The notes: generated by a model from the letters alone, not told the origin. A DNA stretch of 64,000 nucleotides from Amoebidium appalachense (GCA_963693365.1 CAVNZM010000006.1:9551355-9615354); one strand, 5' to 3'. Counted from the first letter of the stretch, positions 1-15,952 are shown. Numbers and translations are program-made.

Positions 1-477
1 AGGGAGTCCCCACAAACACTGCCATTAAAGACTCAAATCTCCTTCCACTGCCGGCCACATGCCCCCCCTCCCCCCCCTCCCCCCCCCCCCCCTACCCTTC
101 TTCCCCCTCCCACATCTCCCTGGTGTTTGCACGGTAGTTTCCCGTGAATGGACCTACAACCTCTCGCCAGTCAGTGTTTGCTCGGATGCAAACACACGTG
201 TATCGAAACCGACCAGTATAAAGGTAACGAATGATAGAATGTGACCCGATTCGCTGAGTTTCTTGTGCGGGTGCAACTAGCAGAGTAATATAAGCAGAAA
301 GCGGGGGAGGAGGGGAGGGCCGGGGGGGGGGGGGGGGTCTTTTATGTTGTTTAAATTAGTTTTCTTGGGGAAAGAGAGGGGAGGGGGCGGGAGGGGGGCG
401 GGGGGGACGGAGAGAGACGGGGACAGAGAGTGATGGGGGGGGGGGGGGGGGGGGGGAGAGAGGGGGGGGCTACATAC

Positions 478-3901
<3,424 letters not shown>

Positions 3902-5148
3902 GTTGTTTGCCCTACAGAGTCACGTAGGCCGGGGCTGGAGAAAGTCAAAAAGCGTCATAACCGAGGTTGATCTCTTACATGTGGTAAGCTGATGCCGAGA
4001 ACTGAATAGAGGAATACTGGCAAGAGGGGCAATTTCTAACAGGCTTGTGTAGACGCCTGGTCAAGCGGAAACATGAGGTGGACAATGAAGTTTACCCAAG
4101 CTCTATGCACAAGGTATATGCATAAAATGCGTGGCACAAGGTCTAACGAGTCCTGCACGCTACCTGCCACAGCACCTGCCACTCCTTCTCTAATCTATGT
4201 CAAAAATCCTATTCACTAACAGCTGTAGCCGAGACATCACCTAAGCCCCCCTCAAGATGAAAGCAAATTTAGCTTTCTTCGATAGCTCTGGAATTAAAAA
4301 AGAAATAGCACACTTGAGCTCATTTGCTGTTCCGAACTCTACAGTACTGTCACACATCACAGCCAGCGTGATTGTGGGCCACAGAGTGTGGCTCAGAAGG
4401 GTGAGCCACAGGAATGCAGCACTCTGTGTTAGAGCCTGCGCTGATTGGTAGAAAATGTCGCCTAAAGATAAAGGACCATGATGTGATTGGCTGGATCTAA
4501 AAAAACAAAAGATCGATCATAGATGACTCTCACGTGCCACGTGGACGTGTGCAGCACAACGCACATGCATGTGACTGTGTGTGAGCAAAGAAGAACAGCA
4601 GCAGTTTTTATTCAGATCAAGTATTCACCATGGTTCCTCTCAAAAATATAAAACACATACAGAACACAAAAGAACAGTGCGCTGAATTATGCAGGATGTA
4701 TTGTGCTGTTGCTACACACTTGCTCATTGCAACAAATTGCCAACAGATAATATTGCCAACATAGAAAGCATAATTTCACCCCATGGCCATTCAAGAAAGA
4801 AAAAAAAGGCAAAAAGGTACTGTAATGTCTATGCAACAACTCTAGCACAAATGAAATCTAGCATATGCCGGCCAGCGGCACTGGATAATCGGACTTTAGC
4901 TGTCGTATGGTTTGAAAAAGCTTGTAACACATTCGCGAACATTGCCTGTCTCATGAGGGTCTATTTATAGCAACCGTTGCCAACAACAATTTTTTTTTTT
5001 TAAATATCAACAATTTTTATACAAACATTTAGCTGCTTAGACTACCATCTTTGTGCAGCACAGGGTTATGTGCCGTTTATGCTGACCAAAACATGGTATC
5101 TTACAGTTTAGATTTGGTTGTGTGTGTGTGGTGGTGGTGTGGCGGGGG

Positions 5149-5213
5149 TTTTGAATGCGTCAAAAAGTACAAAGTACACAAGAACAAACGGATAACACGA
5201 TGCAGAATGCAAG
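5149..5213 (-). mobile_element. Short 3' fragment of the (C)n-associated repeat family
   Basis: ttttgaatgcgtcaaaaagtacaaagtacacaagaacaaacggataacacgatgcagaatgcaag is nearly identical to the start of the copies at 8910, 22611 and 23065, and is preceded by a G-run on +. Confidence 0.8.
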
Positions 5214-5531
5214 GGGCCATGGTGTGTTTGTGTGTGTGTGGAGGAGGAGGGGTGGTGGGTGGGTGGGTGGGGGATTCGTAAAACTGTAACCGAGGCTGCC
5301 GTGTGTGTGATGCAAATCAATCAGGTGTCTGTTGTGTGCACTTGTGCCTCCAGGTGGTGGGTATGTCTGTGTACGTGTGGAAGTCCGTGTGCCCCTTTCA
5401 GGTCCCTAATTGTCGCGGGCTTCACCGACTGACATGACGTTGAATGTTACATCTCTCTATGGAACAACGTGTACGCATACACCAAAAATACGCCGTCGGG
5501 GGCATGGGGCTGAGAAGAGCATCAACAGGGG

Positions 5532-7663
5532 CTATTGCTCGTAGGCGCTCTTAAAGGACGAGGTGTCTTTGTGGGCCTGGAACCCAATCATCCCATCGTA
5601 GTTGCAGGCACTGCGGAACCGTTGCCTGATTGGTGGTGGTGGTGGGTGGCGGTGTTGGGGGGTGGAGGAGGGGGGAGGGGGGAAGAGGGGTGGGTGGGGG
5701 GGAGGGGATGGGGGGGGGGGAGGGGGGGGGGGGGGATGATGTCAATAACACTTCCCATTACCCTCCAGACTCGCCTCCTTCCCAAGCCCACAAAACAACC
5801 GCATCCACATCCCCACCCCCTTCCCCCCCTTCCCCGGGCCCCCCTCAATCTCCCTCGCTGCACTATCACATCAGCCCTCTTCAGCCAGCCCCCCCTCCCC
5901 CCTCTCCCCCCCTCCCCCTCCCCCCTCCCCCCCCCCCCCCTCTTCCCCCTCCCCCTCTCCCCCCCCTCCCCCTCCCCCCTCCCCCCCCCCCCCCCCCCCC
6001 CCCCCTGTTCCCCCTCCCCCCCCTCCTTTCCCGCGCCCCAACCGAGCCCAGCTACACACGTACCCCCTGTCGACAGCCCCCGTTCCCCCCATTCCCCCGG
6101 CGTCACCAATACATACACCCACACCACACACCCATCCCCACACACTATCCCCGCCCCCCCCCCCCTTCCCCCCCTGGGCAGACACACACACCATACCCAC
6201 TCACCCAACCACAGCACACCCACGCACACACACACACCCTATTCTGCGGATGGTGGCCTCGTGCGCCCTGTCAGCATAGCGGGTCCACACAGCCAGCTTG
6301 TCCTGCACCCGCCTGATGGACACCACACAGCCCGTCACCTGCCCGTCATCGTCCATGGTCTCCCCGACCACCGCAAGCGCCTGCACACAGTACATTAGCA
6401 CTAGTAGCACTGGTCCAAACGGTGCACCTGTGCAGACGTGGCAGGGGGGGGTGGAGAAAAGAACGTGCTTGAAGTGTGTGAAGAGTTGTGTAAAATTGTA
6501 AAATATGACTTGGACAAGCCGACAGGAATTAGACCAGTGGGAAGGAGGTAAGCCGAGGCAGGAAAGGGACCAGTGATGAGAAGAGGGGGCCAGAGAGGTG
6601 CGTGTGGGTGGGTGGTGGTGATGGTGGTGGTGGTAGTGGAGAGAGAAAGGGGGGAGGGGGGGGGGGGGGGGGAGAGGGGGGGGCGGGAAACCAGCTATGC
6701 ACTTGAATGATTGGAACAGTGCACAAGCAAAGGACACCGTTACTACACCAGATGTAACAAGATAAACAAACGGGCATATCATGAATTATGCAGGGAGGGG
6801 CACTCGACGCAGCCCATAACCCCGGAGGAACAGGGGCGCCGAGGAGGGGGGGGGGAGGGGAAGGGCAGGGTAAAGATGTGTTGAATGATACAAGTTTAAA
6901 TGCAAAACGGACACTGTAATGCAAATGCGAAAAAGAACCGAGAATATACAGCTGAAGCTGGGTCATCTTTCACAGCAACCAACATCCAGTGAGTGAGTGA
7001 GTGAGTGAGTGAGTGAGTGAGTGAGTGAGTGAGTGAGTGAGTAAGAACGTGAGTGAATGAGCAAGTGAGTAAGTGAGCCGCATCGCGTGGATCTAAATAT
7101 CTAAATATCTAGATTGTTAAATTTACGTATAAAAATTTCGCAATCCGATCAATCTGTTAAAATTTTAAAGTTTGCATGAAATCTAGATTGATTTTGACCC
7201 TCTTCCAGATGGGCGCGTCTAGAAGAGGGAGGGAGGGGGGGTCTTCTAGATATCTGGGATGAGACGATTGGTCCTTAGAACCTGCCTAAATATCTCTTAT
7301 CCAAAAGAATTGCGATCTACGATCTAGATAATTCAGTTTCTAAACTGCTCTACACGAATCGAGCAGACTTTTAGATACCGAGTATTTAGATATTTAGATT
7401 CACGCGAAGCGACTCAGTGCGGGAGTGCGAAAGTGAGTAAGCGAGTAAGTGCGTGAGTGAGTGAGTGAGTGAGTGAGTGAGTGTGAGTGAGTGAGTGAGT
7501 GAGTGAGTCAGAGAGTGAGTGAATGAGCGAGTAAGTGCGTGAGCGTGTAAGTGAGTAAGCGAGTGAGTAAGCGAGTAACTGCATGAGTAAGTAAGCCAGT
7601 GAGTGAGTGAGTGAGTGAGTGAGTGAGTCAGTATGTGTGTGTCGGCAAGGGTGGGGAGGGGGT

Positions 7664-7694
<31 letters not shown>

Positions 7695-8378
7695 TGGATA
7701 GAATACATTGCACAGCCACAAAGCCACAAACAGAAAGAAAAGCACGGTGGACAGAATATCAAAAAAGGCTGTGTGCAAACGCAAACAGAGCCCACAAAAA
7801 AAATGTTGGTTTTAGCGCAGGCACGCACCGTGTTGAACCAGAAGCCCTCCAGCTTCTCCTCCCTCTGGTTCCTATGGCTGATGATCTGCCACTTGCCCCC
7901 GGCCTCGTTTGCCGGGTCCTCCCACATGGGCTGGATACCGTACTTGAACAGGTGGTAGTTGCTGCCTGCTACAAGCTTCAGCGCTGGCACAATGCTTTTC
8001 CATACCCTGTGAGTGGGTGGTGTCATACTTGTTAGAGTTGGAAAATAGTCAAAACCTTCGAGCTGTTGTGTTTGCTCCTCATGTGTGGGTACTGCACTGT
8101 AATTAATCGATACTTGATCCAAAAACGAGGTTGGAACCCCCCCCCCTCCTCCTCCCCCCCCCCCCCCCTCCCCCCCGGAGCGAACTCCCCCACGAACACA
8201 CCCACACACACGCCAAAAAATAGAAGGGAGGGAGAGAGTGAGGGGAGAGGAGTGTGGGTGGGTGGGTGGGTGGGGGTTTGAATGTGTCATAAAGTACGAA
8301 GTACACAAGAACAACGGATAACACGATGCAGAATGCAAACCTTACATGAGAGTATGCATAATAAGCAGAGCCCATCCT

Positions 8379-8432
<54 letters not shown>

Positions 8433-8776
8433 GATGTATGCGTTAGAGGGTTGGAAATATGGAGGAGACAACAAAGAGCAACAACAAAGCGTCACAAAGG
8501 TGGGGAATCCAAAATCAAACAATTTAAGCGTGCAGGCAGAAGACACTTGAACAGAGCCCATCATCAGGGGGGTTCGGGGAGGGGGGGAGGAAGAGAGCAG
8601 CAGGAAGAATGTGGTGTTGGCCAAATGCATCCAACAAGCTGAATCGACCCCAAGAAAAATGAAAATGCAAGTGCGAGGAAGTTCAATGATACATCTTTCG
8701 GTGTGTCTCGTCTTCCAATTAACCTAAAAAAATGGATACACCGTGGCGGAGGTGGTGGCCGAAGTTGTATTTGATT

Positions 8777-8818
<42 letters not shown>

Positions 8819-8835
8819 CCCCCCCCCCCTGTATG

Positions 8836-8871
<36 letters not shown>

Positions 8872-9711
8872 GTTTGTTTTTGGGTGTGTGTGTGGGGGGG
8901 GGGGGGGGGTTTTGAATGCGTCAAAAAGTACGAAGTACACAAGAACAAACGGATAACACGATGCAGAATGCAAGCCATACATAAAGAGTATGCATAATAA
9001 GCAGAGCCCATCCTCAGGGGGGGCCCACGTCATCCACAGTACCCGAGTTTCGACCTATTCCCCTCGTTAACGAAACCCAACTCAGATACTGTTTCACTTG
9101 AACATGAGTAGGTCACCCGTCTTGATCAGAGACGAGCAGGGTTGCTTATGCAGGCAAGGGCAGTGGGAAAGGCCGGGGGTTAAAGTTGCAGCAGTAAGCA
9201 GAAGCAAGAAAAATATAGATAGGAACTCAGGAGACGGGGCTTCTAGGAAGCTCCCCCGTCGATACCTAAGTCGATACTTCCCTGGCTAACATACTACACC
9301 AGCTGAAAAGAATTAAGTCCCGAAGGCCACAGAATTCGTAATCAGAGGGGAAAATATGAGATTTGACCCACGCCGCAGGGTAGTAACACGCTTACTAGGG
9401 CGGAACTTTATCGTCTTCGAACGGAAAGCTATGCCCCCGGATGTCAGCCGGAAATATGGTATCACCCATTGCTTTGGGCTTGAAAAAAGCCAAACCGATA
9501 GTCCGAGTTATGTTACGCCGGCGGGTAACATGCCGCATGGGTTCCAAGGGAGCTGTCGCCAACAGAGCGGTGTGTGCATGCGTGCGCGTAACGCAATGTG
9601 TGAAGTGTGTCTATAGCTATGAAAGGGGGTATGCAGAAGTGGACAGATGAAGTGTGTGGAGAGAAAAACAGTAAGAAGAAAAGTAGACACCGGTATGTGC
9701 AACCCCGCACA

Positions 9712-9746
<35 letters not shown>

Positions 9747-9807
9747 AATAAGCGAAGATTACAGGTAATCAACCAGAACAACAAATGACAAGCAAAACAA
9801 CAGGCGC

Positions 9808-9844
<37 letters not shown>

Positions 9845-9849
9845 AGGAA

Positions 9850-9935
<86 letters not shown>

Positions 9936-10450
9936 GAGAGAGGAGAGAGGGAGAGAGAGAGAGAGAGAAAGGTGGGGGGGGGGGGGGGGGGGGGAGGGGG
10001 GGGAGGGGAGGGGGGAGGGGGTCTTAGGGATGCTGCAGAATCGTCAGATATTAGACAAATCGTACCAATACGATCATTCTCTCATATATGTGAGAAGATT
10101 GTGACTAACGATGTGCAGATCTGGTTAAGACCTGTTGGGTGTGCAGAGAAAATGGGAGGGGAAGGAGGAGGGAAAGGGGGAGGGGGGGGGGGGGGGAAGT
10201 AAGAGAGGGGAGGGAATGTTAGAGTGTCAGTAGTCTCAGGGGACCCTGCAGAGTCGTTAGATGTCAGACAAAAACGCACCAACGACCAAGTTCTCCGAGG
10301 GGAGAAATGCGTAAAACGTTCTGCAGAGTGGGTTAGAGACCTGCTGATGAGAAGAGTGTATACAGGGTTTGGCCGAGGGGGGGGGGGGGGGGGGGAAGGG
10401 GGGGGGAAAAAGAAGGTAGGAGGGGAAGGGGGGGGGGGGGAGGAGAAGGG

Positions 10451-10523
<73 letters not shown>

Positions 10524-10548
10524 GGGAAGGGAGGGGAGGGAGGGAGGG

Positions 10549-10600
<52 letters not shown>

Positions 10601-10960
10601 CTGTGGTGGACAGATCAGAGACGAGACCTCCATTTCAAAACTTACCAGGCAACCCAAAAAACCTAGCCGGCTGAGAAAGAAGAACGGCGGGGGGAATTGT
10701 TTGGGAAAAGGAGCGGGGGGAGAGAGAGAGAGGGGGGGGGGGGGGGGGGGGAGGGGGAAGGGGGGGGAGAGGGGGAGAGAGGGGGAGAGGGAGAGAGAGA
10801 GAGAGGGAGGGAGAGAACGAGAGAGAACGAAAGAGAGCGAGAGAGGGAGACAGAGAGAGAGAGAGGGAGGGAGAGAGAGGGAGAGGGAGAGAGAGAGGGA
10901 GAGAGAGAGGGAGGGGGGGGAGGGGGGGGGGGGGGGGAGGGTGTAGGGGCTGGTAGGGGG

Positions 10961-10991
<31 letters not shown>

Positions 10992-11274
10992 AACCGGGAT
11001 AGAGTGGGGGACTAGGGAGTGTTGATCTTTTTAGTGATGATGGAGAGTATGTGAGGGGGGGGGGGACTTACGCCCAGAAATCCTCCACCTATGTCGGCCA
11101 GGGTGGCCTTTTGGTCAAGGAAAAGGGCTCACAGGAAGATAGGTGCACTGACCGTACGATGCACCCCAACATAAACACCCCGCCTACATTCATACAGAAT
11201 ATCTCATGCCCTTCCCCTCCCTTTCCACATTACCTTCCCCCCTCCCCCTCCCCCCCCCCCCCCCCAAAACCCAA

Positions 11275-11305
<31 letters not shown>

Positions 11306-11469
11306 ACCATGAACATCCCCAACCTTTTCCAGGCCAAGAAAGGCCCCACCAACCTAAATGCCATAACCGTAGCAAAAACCTACAGAGAGTGCGATAGACA
11401 TCCGCACACAGCGGAGATGCCTTTCAAGCGCGCCATAATACACACAGAAGCACCACCAGCAAACATCAA

Positions 11470-11537
<68 letters not shown>

Positions 11538-11941
11538 GGCAATGACAGAAAGAGTGTTGGCAAGGATACGGTATCGAAGTCCGTGACCTTCTTAAGGTAC
11601 AGGGACCAGCTCTGTGAGTTTGTTTTCCTGTTTGGGTTGTCGTACCACAGCGTCCATTTGTTCTGCAGCAGACAACACAATCAGTACCATAGCAAAGCTG
11701 CAGAACCGACTCCCCCCCCCCCCCCCCCAAAAAAAAAAAAAAAAAAAAAAAAAAGAAAAAAATCACCGCCACCGCCACTGCCACCACCACCACCACACAC
11801 ACACACACATTCACCCAGCTGCCCGAGGCGAAGAACCAGCATAGACATACAGAAGACCCATAATCTTTGTACCCCAAGTTTTTAGTTTGTCGGTCCACAA
11901 ATTCTCCTTCTCTAACTATCCCCCCCCCCCCCCCCCCCTCC

Positions 11942-11972
<31 letters not shown>

Positions 11973-13204
11973 AAAAGAAGAAAAGAAAAGAAAGATCGAA
12001 ACAGGGCTATACCGACACGCCATCACACACCGAGAGAGGGTAGGTTGGGAAGAGCGGCAGGGAAAGACGAAAAATGGGAGTGGACGAGGAAGGGCCGGGG
12101 GGGGGGGGGGGGGAGGGGGGGGGAGGGAGAGAGAAAGGGGAGGCGGAGGAGGCGGGCGGGAGCGATAGAGGGGGGGGGGGGGGGGGGGGACGTGCGTGTG
12201 AAAGGGGGGGGGGTGGGAGGGAGGGAGGGGGGAAAAGGAAGAGGGAGAGGGACAGGGGGAGGGAGGGAGGGAGGGAGGGAGGGAGGGAGGGAGGGGGAGG
12301 GGAGGGAGGGAGGGAGGGGGGGAAGGGTGGGAGAGGGGGGGGGGGGGGGGGGAGGGAGGGAGGGGAGGGAGAGAGTGAGGGAGGGAGGGAGGGAGGGAGG
12401 GAGGGAGGGGGGAGGGGGGGAAGGAGGGAGGGAGGGGGGGGGGGGAGGGGGGGAGGGAGGCGAGGAGAGAGGGAGGGAAGGGGGGGAGGTAGGGGAGGGG
12501 AGGGAGAGAGGGAGGGAGTGTGTGTGAGTGAGAGAGAGAGGGAGAGAGAGAGAGGGAGAAAGGAGAGAGAGAGAGAGGGGCAGGGGGGGGGGATAGAGAG
12601 AGAGAGAGAGAGAAAGGAGAGAGAGAGAGAGAGAGAGAAAGAGGGGGAAGAAGGGGGAAGGGGGGAGGGGGCAGAGAGACGGGTGGGGAGAGAGGAGAGA
12701 GGGAGAGAGGGGCGGAGGGGGGGAGGAGGGAGGGGGGGAGAGAGGGGGAGGGGGGAGGGGGGAGGGAGGAAGAGAGAGGGAGAACGAGGGAGGGAGAATA
12801 AAGCACCAGGAAGTGCACACTCCAACACCTATGTGTGTACGCCCACTCATACACACACACACACAGGTAGGACACTGCCACATACGCGCACACACAACAC
12901 CACACACACGCGCGCGCGCACACACACACACACACATGCTACGTGCATACGTAAGTCAAGCACGCACAAGAACCTAAATTACGTGTAGGTGCTTGTGGGC
13001 TAGCCAGTGCACACCTATGTGTGACTGACACCTATGTGTGCTTGACTCTTGCGCTTGGATGTCCGTGTATAGATGTGCGTGTGTGTGTGTGTGTGTGTGC
13101 GTGCGTGTGTGTGTGCGTATGTGTGTGTATGTGTGTGTGTGTGTGTGTGTGTTTAGGCGTGGGTGTCGTGTGCGTGCTTGCCTGTGCCTGTGTGTGTGTG
13201 TGTT

Positions 13205-13251
<47 letters not shown>

Positions 13252-13259
13252 GTGCGTGT

Positions 13260-13302
<43 letters not shown>

Positions 13303-13458
13303 ATGTTCATCATTCAATGTGTATGCACGTGCCTGTGCTTAACCAGCAACATGCATCTACACACTCACCTGCAACGGGTGTTTTGTGCTCATTATCGCTG
13401 GGTCATCAAAGCCCGCTTTAACCAACGCATTCTTGCCGTCTTCTTCCTTGTCTACCAT
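5532..13458 (-). CDS. EIF4E: Translation initiation factor eIF4E (cap-binding), class I-like, ~204 aa, 6 exons
   Basis: Exons 13369-13458, 11570-11662, 11072-11088, 7829-8006, 6238-6380, 5532-5625 splice in frame: HPLQNKWTLWYD..SQSW..FDTVEDFWAVW..NYHLFKYGIQPMWEDPANEAGGKW..GFWFN..TGCVVSIR..DKLAVWT..IG..FQAHKD. All eight conserved Trp are present. Confidence 0.95.
6988..7630. repeat. (GAGT)n tetranucleotide repeat interrupted by a MITE-like insertion
   Basis: gtgagtgagt arrays at ~6988-7075 and ~7420-7630. Confidence 0.85.
7074..7416. mobile_element. MITE-like non-autonomous element with ~34 bp terminal inverted repeats
   Basis: Left end tgagccgcatcgcgtggatctaaatatctaaata matches the reverse complement of right end tatttagatatttagattcacgcgaagcgactca with 3 mismatches. 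The interior is non-coding and rich in TCTAGA-like motifs. No clear TSD. Confidence 0.7.
8277..8379 (-). mobile_element. Truncated copy of the (C)n-associated repeat family
   Basis: gtttgaatgtgtcataaagtacgaagtacacaagaac...agagtatgcataataagcagagcccatcctc, homologous to 8910-9015 and bounded by G-rich runs. Confidence 0.8.
8910..9570 (-). mobile_element. Longest dispersed copy of the repeat family: putative 5'-truncated Penelope-like retroelement with hammerhead-like RNA
   Basis: The 3' end (minus strand ...GCATTCAAAA) joins (C)n. 8995-9152 is homologous to the 33 kb tandem units and carries CTGAGGA, GAAAC and GTT motifs with compensatory stems. The minus frame ending at stop 9395 reads ...RTIGLAFFKPKAMGDTIFPADIR..., resembling by eye the 'IAY.RP.NL.D.L..A.L' motif after PLE RT thumbs. 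The repeat is seen directly; PLE identity is inference. Confidence 0.55.
8995..9152 (-). ncRNA. Structured RNA with hammerhead ribozyme core strands in permuted order
   Basis: Minus strand: ACAGUAUCUGAGUU pairs with AACUCGGGUACUGU (stem III, GUU triplet). GGG/CCC precedes CUGAGGA (stem I). GGCU/GGUC precedes GAAAC (stem II). Outer stem AUAAGCA/UGCUUAU. Confidence 0.55.
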
Positions 13459-15952
13459 AGTGCTCGCACTTCAACTGCCACTCAGGGTAGCGCTCACGAT
13501 TATATACCTATTCAAGAGCGATGTTTCACTTTTTTAGTTGAACTTTGTCTTATATTAGCTTGTCAAAAAACTGTGCACTGTCACATACACGCTATGCACA
13601 ATGCATGTATCCACGACTACTACTATATGATAATTCTTTGATCGTCTGTATTGCTGTGAACACAAAAAAAAAAAAAAATTCGCGCCACCAATGGCACATG
13701 TATGTGTGAAGCGTTTGCACGGTGCCGCAAACCACAGAATTATTTCTATTTGCATAATTGAAAATGTGTTAAAACGTTAAATATCGGCTTTATAAACTTG
13801 TAAGCAAATTAAATGGTACAAACACAATACTTAGCATGGTATTTATGCTGACCTGGTGTCATCACAAGACGTGTTCCTGAGTGCCAGCTGTGCACTGTGA
13901 TGCAGTTTTCTGTGAAGCTCAGAAAAATAAAATCGTGAACGATAGGCAACAGTGGTTTCGTGTCAAGGTACAAATAATATATATAAAACTATATTCAGTT
14001 TGGCCAAAGGCAAGATCACACTAGTGGGTGGAGCGTTTGAAATAAAACAGAGAAATAACGTGAGAGCAGTGGCTGTGGAGCACAAACGAGCTACAGAGAG
14101 AGGGCTACCGTGGACGATGTTCAGGGAGAGGTCAGGAGGAGCTCATAGTTGTCCCACTTGTGAACTTATTAGTTTCAACAAGTGGTGAGTTGCAAAGGAA
14201 GAGGGGCAAAACGGAAGGAGCACAAAGTGTGTGGAGCATTCGCCACTAAGCGGTTGCTTACACTGCACTTCGCTACGAAAAAAGGCGATCATATACACAA
14301 AACATCATCTGGTATGGCCACGTTATGGTCGTGAGTGTTTGGGAGGATAAACGGTGCGAGGAGAGCCCGTGCCGGGAAAAAAGGGTGGGGGGGGGGGGGG
14401 GGGGGGGGGAAAGGCAAAACCATTGCTCGAATATGATAATTCCCTAAAGCTCAGTTGCTATGATCGAGTAAAACACAACTCAAAGGAGGGGAAGGGAGGT
14501 GGGGAAGGGAGGAGGGTTGAGGGCGCCGGGGGGGGGGGGGGGGGGGGGGAGGTGGCGAGAAGGTGGGAGAAGAGGGGCCCGGGGAGGGGGGGGGGGGGGG
14601 GGGGGGGGGTTGAAAAGGCAAAGAAGAGGATTCAAGTGACAGATATTTGGCTGGTAGTCCCCCCAAAACAGTATGTAGGAGAAGGCGTGCATAATGTATA
14701 CGTGAAAGTTGACGTGTGGCATCTGTTTGTACGGGTGTGACACGGGTGTACATTGTCAAGTGCGTTGGCAAGGTGTGCGTGTTTGTGTGTGTGTGTGTGT
14801 GCGCGTGTGTGCGTGTGTGTACATGTGTGTGTGTGTGTGTGTGGGCGTGTGGGCGTGTGATGTGTGTGTGCACGTGTGTGTGTATATGTGCTACGCATGC
14901 GCACACGTGGCTTGGTGTGACGTGTAGTGTGTGCGTGTAGGCCCTGGCCGGGGGGGAGGGAGGGTGTATGTCTGACACGTGTGGGTGTGCGTGTGCGTGT
15001 GCGTGTGCGTGCATGCATGCATATGTACACGTGTGTGTGTGTGTGCGTGTGTGCTTGTGCGCGTGCGCGTGCGCGCACGCGTGTGCGTGCATGTATGTGC
15101 CGCTTCATGACCCTGTAAAACACATGAGAGGACAATCGCATGATAGCACAACCACGCTCGGTGTCCTAACAGACCTAACCTTGGGGATGATCATCCGGAT
15201 ACATGCCAAGACGTATTTGAAGCCAGAATTGATGCACAAACTTAAAGGAAGAGGGGGAGTCTCGCAGACACGAGCGCGGTGTATCACATGTATGTACACG
15301 GTGCGGCCTTCCGCAACTGTGAAGGGGCCAGGGAAGAAAGGGGAGGAGGAGGAGGGGACCCCGGGGGGGAGGCGGGGGGAGAAGAGGGGGGGAAGGGGGC
15401 GGAGGGGGGTGGGGGGTGGGGGGGGAGGGGGCCGGCCTCCGATGGCGGCCTGAGCTGGCGGCCTGAGGCTGCCGAGCCTTATGTAAACCTATTCTTCGAA
15501 TCTGATTGAAGAATTGCTTGCGGACTTAGCTTTTGTGAGGAATGGGAACAAATTGTTAAACTCTGCTTTTGATTGAAGACTCATTAAAAAAAAGTAGTTT
15601 TAAAATTGTAAGCTTTACATGCGCGGACGGCTTGAAAGATATATAGTCATGCGTTGAGTATCTCCGCTTGTCTTTTTCTCTCGTTTTCCACTGGTTTCTA
15701 CCGCCAATCGATTGCTTTGCACATCTCTGCATCGCTCTACAGTGAGCCTCGCTCTGTTTACAAGTTACAACAAGGCCTTGTCAAGAAGGTTGGAAAACGA
15801 AGAGAGAACGTTTGTGCGTTTGTGGAAGTAAGTTGAGCTAGTCCACACCGTATTTGGAACAGTACGTTTGCTATTGCTACTCCCGATCAATAAGTTCTTC
15901 TTTTCAACCTTTCACTCCCCTTCGACCACCACTGTTGTTTTTGATTGAAAAA

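Noticed and set aside
4529-4545. E-box/CLEAR-like CACGTG motifs here and at ~46478, and an ATGACGTCAT palindrome at ~37169
   Set aside because: Short motifs expected by chance, with no independent support for function.
15423-15480. GC-rich GGCCGGCCTCC...GGCGGCC segment resembling an HDV ribozyme 5' end
   Set aside because: No P2 or J4/2 could be built; it is explained by a short tggcggcctgag direct repeat.
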